Positions 9,763 through 17,929 of a stretch of DNA of 64,000 bases are shown piece by piece. The DNA lies in NCBI GenBank assembly GCA_016875025.1, contig VGSH01000001.1, positions 30,174 through 94,173 of the forward strand, read 5' to 3'. Each line of letters opens with the position of its first letter. Positions within the stretch are counted from its first letter, which is position 1. Under the pieces are notes generated by a model, which was given only the letters and a program-made list of their open reading frames with translations, ran no database searches and was not told where the DNA came from. Both the position numbers and the translations under genes were made by a program. Source of the stretch: Deltaproteobacteria bacterium. GTDB lineage: Bacteria > Desulfobacterota > WTBG01 > CAIYCZ01 > CAIRTM01.

Positions 9763-9920
9763 CGTGTATGCATTCATCAACCCGGACAGCATCAACATTC
9801 GCATGTTTCAAAAATAGTTGCTTCAGTGCCTGCAAATTTTATAATTCAACCTGTCGGAGAATCTTGAACCCGCCAATCTGTCTCATTGCAGGATGAACGC
9901 CTGATTTTTCAGGATTCTGT

Positions 9921-10771
9921 ATGCCGTTACAAATGAGCATTGCCAGCACCGCCATCATCGACCGGCCGGTTTTCATCGTCGGCCCGCATAGAAGCGGTAC
10001 AACGCTGCTCTACGGCATTCTTGACCGGCACCCTGATGTGGGCTGCATGGTGCGCTGCAATCACCGGTTTCCTGCGCATCCGCTTCTTGCATCCATTGCG
10101 CGCACGCTTCTGCGCGGCACAACAAAGCCTCACGAGGCGCAGCGCTTCTGGGACTATCTGTGGCCGGGGCCGGACGATACAATGACCGCGGATGATCTTA
10201 CCGCGGAACAGGCGACGTTCTATGCGTCGACTGTGGAGCGTGTTCTCAGGCTGCGGGGGCGTACGCGCTTTGTGGCTAAATATCCACGGCTGTCGCTGCG
10301 CATCGGCTGGCTTAACGCACTGTTCCCGGACGCGAAATTTCTGCATATGGCTCGTGACTGAGCGCAGTGGTCAACTCGACCGTGCAGCGCAAGGTCAAGC
10401 GGCACAAACGCGGCGGCGGCTGGTTCGGGGTGCGCATACCGGGCTGGCGGGATATGACGGACCTGCCGCATGAGCTTTCAGCCGGACGTCAGTTCCGTGC
10501 AGCGACACTGGCCATCGAGGAACAGGCGCGGTGTCTAACAGGACGATTCCACCGGGTAGACTATGCCCGATTGTGCACCGATCCCGAGGGGGTCATGCGC
10601 GGTGTTGCCGGCTTTTGCGAGCTGCCGTTCAGCCCGGATTTTCAGGCTTCTCTGCCCCGAGATTTAAAGAGCAGGAACGACAAGTGGCAGAAACATCTGA
10701 CGGCAGAGATGATCGAGATGATTCGTGCCGAAGACCCTGACTTTTACACGCGCTACGAAGACGCAGTGTAA
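9921..10771 (+). pseudogene. sulfotransferase-family gene disrupted by a frameshift near 10359
   Basis: The N-terminal ORF (9921-10361) has a PAPS-binding-like VGPHRSGTT loop and ends at ...KFLHMARD followed by a stop. The C-terminal remainder continues in another frame from 10367. Confidence 0.55.
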
Positions 10772-10834
10772 CAGCGCTATTCCGCTTTTTTTCTTATTGC
10801 TCCTTATGATGTCTTTAGTACGGCGGGCGTCTCC

Positions 10835-12439
10835 GTGAATTCATGCGCGACCAAACCGGCCCGTTTCCTCCTGCTGCTGGCAGCCATATTCATTGTGCGG
10901 GGCATCGCGCTGCAGGGCCTGTATCCGCCGCTTGAGGGTTTTGACGAATACCAGCATATCGCCTGCATGCAGTATCTCGTCGAGAACCGCACTCTGCCGG
11001 TGTACGGCCGATCTCAGGTACCCGTTTCGCTCTACGGCGACATTGTCGCAAACCCGCATCCTGATTTCAGCCATCAGCAGACAGATCGAATCGGCGCGCT
11101 GTCCTACGCTCAGTTTTATACCGGCAGCCCTGTGCTGCCGGGGCTGGCCCCGATAGATCTGTATCAGGCACAGCATCCTCCGCTTTATTATGCCGCCATG
11201 GCTTCGCTGTACGTCTTTTCGCGTGCCGTGCTCGGCTTTCGCGCGGCGGTATATCTGCTGAGATGTGTCAACATCTGCGCTGCCGCTCTTGCCCTTGTGC
11301 TTCTGCTGTACCCCGTCAGGCGTATGTGTGCTGACAGCGCTCTCAGCAGACTGATGTGCCTTGCTGCGGCTTCATCGCCCCTGTTTATGGTGTATGTCGC
11401 GCGCGTGGCCAACGATGCGTTCGCGCTTATGTTCGCGGGATTTTCACTTGTATTGGTGCTGCGCGCTTCCGATGAAAGGCGGCCGCTCCTGTCTGCCGGA
11501 CTTGCCGGAGTGTGCGCCGGCCTGGCTGTACTGTCAAAGCTGAACGCTCTGGTGGTACTTCCCGCTGCGCTTTGCTACTGGGTTATACTTGCGGCCGTTT
11601 CAAACATTGCATGGCGTCGCTGTGTGCAGTTCTCCGTTTTTTTTACTGCCGGGTATCTGTTTATCTGCCTTCCGTTCCATGTGTGGGCGCAGGTGCAGTA
11701 TTCAACCTTTTTTCCGCAGCAGGAGACGCTCAGGTACATTGCTGCCGGACGGACCTCGATTGACTGGCTGCGCGAGTTTCGCTTCGGACATCTCTGGTCT
11801 TTCTTTGTCCGGCATGTTGTTTCACAAACGCTGTGGACAAGCGGCTGGTCGTTTCTTGCATTGCCGCGGCTGCCTGCATTGGCCTACAGGCTCTTGCTGG
11901 TTGCCGCCGCCTGCGGTGCTTTGTTCTGGTTGCGCGGCCGCAGGCGCACAGCATATGGCGAACTCATTCGTGATCTGCGCCCGCTGCTTCTCTGTCTGTT
12001 GCTGACGCTTGGTACCTTGTGCGCAGCCTACATGCATGCGCTGCACAGCCTGGCTGCATACGGTCTCATAAATACTCCGCCGCATTATGTAATGATCGCC
12101 TATCCGGCATTTCTCGGCTGCCTGTTTGCAGCTGCGCTGGGCTTCGGACGCAGGATTGCCGCAATCACTGCGATTGTAATGATAGCTCTTTTTACTTTTG
12201 CCGAACTTTATGGACTGCTGTTTGTGGCCGTTCCGTATTGGGCCCAGACCCTTGATTTTTCGTTGATGATGACGCGCCTTGCCTCTGTACACCCGGGTTT
12301 CCCCGCGCCCATTCATTTTTTTATTCTGTACCCGGCAGCTTTTGTGCTCCTGATAATTGCACTGCGCCCGTCACTGCGTATTTTTAGAACACAGGCCCGG
12401 CAGATACCTGAACAGCATGCAAGGCCGCCCGTTTGCTGA
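10835..12439 (+). CDS. GT-C fold membrane glycosyltransferase (ArnT/PMT, GT39/GT83-like)
   Basis: 534 aa, about 12 TM segments, with an N-terminal periplasmic-loop FDEYQH acidic motif as in the ArnT/PMT family. Confidence 0.6.
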   Translation: MNSCATKPARFLLLLAAIFIVRGIALQGLYPPLEGFDEYQHIACMQYLVENRTLPVYGRSQVPVSLYGDIVANPHPDFSHQQTDRIGALSYAQFYTGSPVLPGLAPIDLYQAQHPPLYYAAMASLYVFSRAVLGFRAAVYLLRCVNICAAALALVLLLYPVRRMCADSALSRLMCLAAASSPLFMVYVARVANDAFALMFAGFSLVLVLRASDERRPLLSAGLAGVCAGLAVLSKLNALVVLPAALCYWVILAAVSNIAWRRCVQFSVFFTAGYLFICLPFHVWAQVQYSTFFPQQETLRYIAAGRTSIDWLREFRFGHLWSFFVRHVVSQTLWTSGWSFLALPRLPALAYRLLLVAAACGALFWLRGRRRTAYGELIRDLRPLLLCLLLTLGTLCAAYMHALHSLAAYGLINTPPHYVMIAYPAFLGCLFAAALGFGRRIAAITAIVMIALFTFAELYGLLFVAVPYWAQTLDFSLMMTRLASVHPGFPAPIHFFILYPAAFVLLIIALRPSLRIFRTQARQIPEQHARPPVC

Positions 12440-12502
12440 TTTTTTGCATGCCGCAGAACCGGATGCTCATATAGCGTCGGCCTGCGGATGAGGAGACCTG
12501 AC

Positions 12503-13297
12503 ATGATTATCGATGTCCATAATCATTTAAGTCCGCCGGCGTCTGCGTACCGCATGGAGGCTGACAGCTATCTCGAAACCATGGATGCCTGCGGTGTTGA
12601 CAGGCTTGTCATTCTTGGCAAGGATTACGGCCCGGCCGGTGACCGGCGCAATGACAACCTTGCTGACGAAGATACGGTCGCTTTTGTAAAAGCCCATCCG
12701 GACCGTTTTATCGGCTTTACCGCGGTTCATCCCGACCGGGGAATAGCGGCCAATCTTGACCGCATCGACCGTGCCGTGCATGAATTCGGCCTGCGAGGCG
12801 TCAAGCTCAATCCTGCGTCGGGGTTCTATCCCAATGACGAGCGCCTATACCCTGTCTATGAAATGATCTCACAGCTCGGCATACCGGTGGTGATACATAT
12901 GGGTATTAAACCGCCATCAGAGGAAAGCAGGCTAAAGTATTGTCATCCCATCTATATTGATGACATAGCAGTTGATTTCCCGGGCCTGCGTCTCGTGATT
13001 GCGCATGCGGCCTATCCCTGGGTTGAGGACCTGATCATGGCTGCACTGTATGCGCCGAATGTGTCGGTTGACATCTCGACTCTGAACCAGATCGAGGATG
13101 CTCTGGGCTATCCCGTGATACTGCCGACCCTTGAAAAACTGGTGCGCGCGCTGGGCGCGGGCCGCGTACTGTTCGGCTCCGACGGCATATTCAATCTGGA
13201 GCCCCTGATCAGCGCTGTGCGCAGCGCTGCATTTCTCACCGACAGCGACCGGGAGTTGATTTTTTATAAGAATGCGCTCAAGTTACTCAGCCTGTAG
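12503..13297 (+). CDS. amidohydrolase-2 family metal-dependent hydrolase (TIM barrel)
   Basis: MIIDVHNHL start motif preceded by a GAGGAG RBS. Matches the amidohydro_2 family. Confidence 0.8.
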   Translation: MIIDVHNHLSPPASAYRMEADSYLETMDACGVDRLVILGKDYGPAGDRRNDNLADEDTVAFVKAHPDRFIGFTAVHPDRGIAANLDRIDRAVHEFGLRGVKLNPASGFYPNDERLYPVYEMISQLGIPVVIHMGIKPPSEESRLKYCHPIYIDDIAVDFPGLRLVIAHAAYPWVEDLIMAALYAPNVSVDISTLNQIEDALGYPVILPTLEKLVRALGAGRVLFGSDGIFNLEPLISAVRSAAFLTDSDRELIFYKNALKLLSL

Positions 13298-13319
13298 CGT
13301 AACACTGGTCAGGGGCAAT

Positions 13320-13352
13320 CTTGACATGCCCTGTATTTCACATTAGTATATA
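13320..13352 (+). promoter_or_regulatory. candidate sigma70-type promoter for the downstream plus-strand cluster
   Basis: TTGACA, then a 17-nt spacer, then TAGTAT/TATAAT in an AT-rich island just upstream of the 13385 ORF. Confidence 0.35.
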
Positions 13353-13384
13353 ATAAACAAAAATGCTTCAGCAGGAATGCAGTC

Positions 13385-13852
13385 GTGCGTGACATAGCGA
13401 AAAAAAAATATGTTTTCAGTACAGCACTGATACTGACTTTGCTGTACGTAGTGACGCTGCTGCCGCTCAGCGGCTTTTCCTGCGCCTGCGATGCGGCTGA
13501 AACACAACAGAACGCTGAAGAGTTTTCGCTTGCGCAGTGCTGCTGTTCGGCCGGTGCCTGCACTGAAAAGGCGCCTGCCAAGCCTGTGCGCCCGGTTCGT
13601 GCCGGCGATCCGTTATGCGCTACCCACGAGATGTGCTGCTGTTCTTCCGCGAACGCTGATGAAATGGATGTTCAGGCCGCGGTTGTTAAAGACGAACGCC
13701 GCAGCCCTTTGAAAGACGGGCGCTGTGTGATTCTGTTGCCCACGGCTTTCATGCCTCAGTTGGAAGACGTCCCGTCCTCACCAGCAGTGAGGAACAGTGA
13801 ATGCCGATCCCCGCTTTCCCCCCATATTGCAACTACCATCCTTTTGCTGTGA
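13385..13852 (+). CDS. Cys-rich small exported/membrane-anchored protein (CxC, CCC, CCC clusters), unknown function
   Basis: GTG start with an AGGAA RBS. N-terminal K-rich plus hydrophobic signal/anchor. Motifs SCACD, CCCSAGAC and CATHEMCCCSS. Confidence 0.4.
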   Translation: MRDIAKKKYVFSTALILTLLYVVTLLPLSGFSCACDAAETQQNAEEFSLAQCCCSAGACTEKAPAKPVRPVRAGDPLCATHEMCCCSSANADEMDVQAAVVKDERRSPLKDGRCVILLPTAFMPQLEDVPSSPAVRNSECRSPLSPHIATTILLL

Positions 13853-14025
13853 GATTTTTGCAGCACCTGCACTGCCCCTGATTGTTGAGCCCAATTACCC
13901 TGCACCAGTTTGTTTGTGTGCGGTTGTAATGTAACGGGGCCTGGGCTGTTAAGGTTCTCCGGTGTTTGTTGTTACTCTGTCATGACCATCATGATCCTAT
14001 AGTTTTGGTATGAAAGGAATTATAT

Positions 14026-14406
14026 ATGCTGAAAAATACTCTTCGTACTGTATGTGTGATGTGTGCTGTGGCGCTGTTTATCGGATGTTCATCGCCTGAG
14101 GCGCAGAGCGGTCTGCGCCTGGGCGAGGATATCCCTGGGGGTGCTCCGGTTGTTAAACTGGCGGAGGTTCTCGCAAATCCGTCCGCGTTTAATGATGCAC
14201 GGGTTGTTTTAAAAGGTGTGGTGGCCAGCCAGTGCTCATCGCTGTGCCATTTCAACTTTCAGGACGGGGTCAACAGCGTAACCGTGTATCCGCAGGGTTT
14301 CAAGCTCCCGCGGCTGGGCCGCGGCAAAAATGTAACCCTGTATGCGCAGATATTCAGCGGTGAGGGTGGGGTTGCCTTTTCGGTGCTCGGCCTGAGCATG
14401 GAATAG
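14026..14406 (+). CDS. small lipoprotein, unknown function
   Basis: Lipobox LFIGCSS with a GAAAGGAA RBS. 126 aa. Immediately upstream of the ABC permease. Confidence 0.6.
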   Translation: MLKNTLRTVCVMCAVALFIGCSSPEAQSGLRLGEDIPGGAPVVKLAEVLANPSAFNDARVVLKGVVASQCSSLCHFNFQDGVNSVTVYPQGFKLPRLGRGKNVTLYAQIFSGEGGVAFSVLGLSME

Positions 14407-14415
14407 GGGGCTGAC

Positions 14416-15591
14416 ATGACATTTTTCAAAGTAGCGCTCAGTAATTTGAAACGCAACCGTGTCAGAACCCTGTTGACCGGCCTCAGCCTTGCGGTATCGG
14501 CAGCCACCCTGACCGTGGTGCTTGCGCTTGACCGCGGGTATTCATCAGCCGTAACCGATGATCTGGTTAATAAAACAGGCATACATCTGTATATCACCAA
14601 GGAAGGCTGCCCGATCGAGGCCGCCTCTGTTATCGCGCAGGGAGGCCTGAGCCCCCTGTATGTTGAAGAGGATATTCTCGCCCGGCTTGCGACTGTTGCC
14701 GATTTGGAGGCGATTCTGCCGTTCAAGCTGTTCGCCGTCACTACTGATGACGGCTCGCGAACCGATATTTTTATGGGTGTCACGGATGCGATTCTGTCCA
14801 TGAAGCCTGACTGGCGTTTTGCGGCCGGAGGCTGGCTCAAAGAGGATGACAGTGTTGTTATCGGAGCCGATATGGCCCAGATTGAATTCCTGCAGGTTGG
14901 CCAGCGCATGTATAATGAAAATTTTGACCGCGAGTTCACGGTAACCGGTATTCTGGAGCGCACCTACAGTCAGGATGACGGCACCTTTTTCGTGCCGCTG
15001 GCAACCGCGCAGGCCATGGTGCAGCGCGAGGGCAAGCTGTCGGCTGTCGGTTTGAAGCTGGCTGATATCAGCCGCATGGACCTGGTGCAGAATCAGCTGC
15101 GTGCTTTGATGCCGGCCGATTATTTTGTGCTGGGGTCAAAGGAACTCAGCGAGGGCATCCTGCAGTTTTTCGGAGCGACCCGGGCCATCATGATCGTGAT
15201 GGTGTTCGTGGCCTTCATCATCTCGGTGTTCGGCATTATCAATACCATGCTCATGGCCGTGCTGGAGCGCCGCCGCGAAATCGCCTATCTTAAATGCGTC
15301 GGCGCGGGCCGCCTTGACCTTGTGCGCCTAATCACGCTGGAGACGACTTCGATCGCTCTTGCCGGAAGCGCAGCCGGTGCGCTGCTGGGCATGGTGCTCA
15401 GTCCGGTTGCAGGCAATCTGCTGCGTACCTTTCTGGTTGCCTATGTGCCTTCGGGCCCCATCGCGCGTCCTGAACCGATGATTGCGCTGATGGCATTTAT
15501 ACTGTGCTCGATCGTCGGGCTTGCCTGTTCCCTGTATCCGGCACTGCGCGCGGCCCGGATTGTTCCCATGGAGGTGCTGAGAAATGACTGA
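14416..15591 (+). CDS. ABC transporter permease, FtsX/MacB/LolC family
   Basis: 391 aa with an N-terminal TM, a large periplasmic domain and three C-terminal TMs. Typical of FtsX-domain permeases. Confidence 0.85.
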   Translation: MTFFKVALSNLKRNRVRTLLTGLSLAVSAATLTVVLALDRGYSSAVTDDLVNKTGIHLYITKEGCPIEAASVIAQGGLSPLYVEEDILARLATVADLEAILPFKLFAVTTDDGSRTDIFMGVTDAILSMKPDWRFAAGGWLKEDDSVVIGADMAQIEFLQVGQRMYNENFDREFTVTGILERTYSQDDGTFFVPLATAQAMVQREGKLSAVGLKLADISRMDLVQNQLRALMPADYFVLGSKELSEGILQFFGATRAIMIVMVFVAFIISVFGIINTMLMAVLERRREIAYLKCVGAGRLDLVRLITLETTSIALAGSAAGALLGMVLSPVAGNLLRTFLVAYVPSGPIARPEPMIALMAFILCSIVGLACSLYPALRAARIVPMEVLRND

Positions 15592-16249
15592 GCATATTAT
15601 AGAACTTCACGATGTATCCAAAAACTACACCCGCGGTGTTGAAACCGTGCATGCCCTGCAGGAAGTGACCCTGAACGTTTCCAAAGGTGATTTTATCGCT
15701 GTGGTCGGCCATTCGGGCTCCGGTAAAACGACGATGATGAATATCATGGGCTGCCTCGACCACCCGAGCAGCGGCAGTGTTATTCTGCAGGGCCGTCCGA
15801 TTGAGCAGGCGAGCGAGTCCGCACTGACCCGTATGCGCCGCAGTGCGATCGGGTTTGTGTTCCAGCAGTTTTTTCTGGTGCCGACGCTGACGGTTCTTGA
15901 AAACGTAACGCTTCCGGCACTGTTCAGCGGCAATCATACCAACGGCCGCTCCCGGGATTTACTGGAAATGGTCGGACTGGGAAAGCGGCTCAACCATCTG
16001 CCGGGCCAGCTCTCAGGCGGTGAAATGCAGCGCGCGGCCATTGCGCGCGCGCTGGTCAATTCACCGCCGCTGGTGCTCGCCGATGAACCGACCGGCAATC
16101 TTGATTCCCGCAACGCCGACATGATCATGGAGCTGTTTGAGCAGCTCAACCGCGACGGTGTCACCATCGTTCTGGTTACGCATAACGCTGATATCGTCAA
16201 ACACTGTGAAAGGACGGTGCACATTGAAGACGGCCGCATATCGCAGTAA
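15584..16249 (+). CDS. ABC transporter ATP-binding protein (MacB/LolD-like)
   Basis: Walker A GHSGSGKTT, signature LSGGEMQR and Walker B LVLADEPT. 8-nt overlap with the permease gene. Confidence 0.9.
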   Translation: MTEHIIELHDVSKNYTRGVETVHALQEVTLNVSKGDFIAVVGHSGSGKTTMMNIMGCLDHPSSGSVILQGRPIEQASESALTRMRRSAIGFVFQQFFLVPTLTVLENVTLPALFSGNHTNGRSRDLLEMVGLGKRLNHLPGQLSGGEMQRAAIARALVNSPPLVLADEPTGNLDSRNADMIMELFEQLNRDGVTIVLVTHNADIVKHCERTVHIEDGRISQ

Positions 16250-16298
16250 CAGGCGCGCGGAGGAATCGTCGATATGCCGTCTGCCGGATCAGGGAACA

Positions 16299-17327
16299 GT
16301 GCTGCGACCGGGCAGGAAGCGGGGGCGCCTTCTGTATGCGATCGTAGTTGCGATCGCGCTGATGTGCGCAACCGGCCCGGCCGCTGAGTGCCGGGCTTCA
16401 TGGAACCTGTCGCTTGATGCAGACGCGCGCGGCAGGGTTGCCTCCGGCAGCGAGCCTGACGCAACCCTGAACCTGTTCGGTGCGTCATTGCGCAAGACAT
16501 TTGCCGATGCCAAAGGCGACCGGCTTGTTCTTTTCGCGCTGTTTGAAAGCGAAGAGGGGTTTGATGAGTCCCGCGATGAGAGCCTGCATGAAATCTACGC
16601 CCAGTACAAGGGTCCGATGGGAGCATGGAATATCACCCTTGGCCGTTTCGGATTGCCGTGGGGCCTGCTGCCGAATTTTTCCGCGAGCAGGCTGCTCTAT
16701 GACATGCCGCATGACCGGGTGCTGGGCATGGATGTTGACAGCGGTATCAAGCTGTCCGGCGTGCAGGGCATATTTGATTACGGTCTGTCCTATACCCGCG
16801 GCTACGGCCCGCGCAACACGGTCGATGCGGGCTCGCACGGTATTGCCACGGGCCGCATCGGGATTACCCCGGGCGAAACCGAGGAATTATCTTTGGGTCT
16901 CTCGGGAGCCTTGGGCCGCTCAATCAACGCGCACGGCGCAGATCACGATGAGCCGGACCACGGCGACCCGGACCACCGCAGGCGCGATGATGACCGGGCC
17001 CTGCAGCGCGCAGTTGTCGGGCTTGACAGCACGCTCTATCTCGGCCGCTGGCTGATACGCAGCGAGGTATCAGGCGGGCAGGTTGATAAACGCGGTATGC
17101 GTGCATTTTTTGCCGGGGCTGATTATGCCCTGCGCTCAAACCTTGACCTGAATCTTGCGGTAAATCTCAGCCGTGTTGATTCGGAAACTATGAATGAGTG
17201 GTTTGCAGGACTTACCTGCAGGCTGCCCTGGTTTATCCTGAGAGGAGAATATCGGTATGTCGGATACGGTGATGCGCGCAATCAGATTACCATTCAGCTC
17301 TATCGTTTTTTTTCTTATACTTGGTAG
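16299..17327 (+). CDS. putative outer-membrane beta-barrel protein with a His/Asp-rich segment
   Basis: GTG start giving a signal peptide MLRPGRKRGRLLYAIVVAIALMCATGPAAEC. C-terminal aromatic terminus ...YRFFSYTW. HGADHDEPDHGDPDHRRRDDD stretch. Confidence 0.45.
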   Translation: MLRPGRKRGRLLYAIVVAIALMCATGPAAECRASWNLSLDADARGRVASGSEPDATLNLFGASLRKTFADAKGDRLVLFALFESEEGFDESRDESLHEIYAQYKGPMGAWNITLGRFGLPWGLLPNFSASRLLYDMPHDRVLGMDVDSGIKLSGVQGIFDYGLSYTRGYGPRNTVDAGSHGIATGRIGITPGETEELSLGLSGALGRSINAHGADHDEPDHGDPDHRRRDDDRALQRAVVGLDSTLYLGRWLIRSEVSGGQVDKRGMRAFFAGADYALRSNLDLNLAVNLSRVDSETMNEWFAGLTCRLPWFILRGEYRYVGYGDARNQITIQLYRFFSYTW

Positions 17328-17847
17328 CGCTCTGCCGGCTGCGGCACAGGAGGCGTATTTGTGCGTGTGGCGCAACCCTGAGCGGACCATGACACGGATT
17401 TTTCCGGATGCCCGTGACTATAAATCCGTTACAGCGCGGATATCGGCCGAGCAGCGGGCCGTGATCGAAAAAACGCTCGGCTACGAGCTGCTGCCCGGCC
17501 AGCAGGACCAGTTTCAGTATTATCATATGCTGGATGCCGGCGGCAGCGCTATCGGCACGATTATTCCGTCGACTCAGAAAGGCGAGTTCGGCGCCGTGGA
17601 ATTCGTGTTCGGGCTCGGACCTGATACGACGATCAAAGGCCTTTATATTCAGCGAGCGCGCGAGCGCGACCAGGCCTTTAAAGACAGGGCGTTTCTGGAA
17701 CAGTTCATCGGCCGTTCAGCCGCTGACCGGCAGGCCATTCAACAGGTTGACGGCGGCGGCACAACGCCCGGCAAGCAGGCTGTGATCCGCGGGCTGGTCA
17801 AGGAGCTGACTACCATGGACACGGTTGCCGCCGCTGTTGGTCAGTAG
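17257..17847 (+). CDS. exported FMN_bind-domain protein
   Basis: GAGAGGAGAA RBS and a signal peptide. GAVEFVFGLGPDTTIKGLYI and F-LEQFIGRS...VDGGGTTPGKQAV resemble the RnfG/NosR-type FMN-binding domain. Confidence 0.55.
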   Translation: MSDTVMRAIRLPFSSIVFFLILGSALPAAAQEAYLCVWRNPERTMTRIFPDARDYKSVTARISAEQRAVIEKTLGYELLPGQQDQFQYYHMLDAGGSAIGTIIPSTQKGEFGAVEFVFGLGPDTTIKGLYIQRARERDQAFKDRAFLEQFIGRSAADRQAIQQVDGGGTTPGKQAVIRGLVKELTTMDTVAAAVGQ

Positions 17848-17929
17848 GTTTGTAAAGTGACAATCATCATCCGTCGGATCAGTTCTATCGGACCGATCCG
17901 ACGGATCGTACACCACGAAAGGACACAGC

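Noticed and set aside
11822-12316. 164-aa minus ORF and other internal ORFs within the GT-C glycosyltransferase gene
   Set aside because: Shadow ORFs. The plus-strand product has a coherent 12-TM topology.
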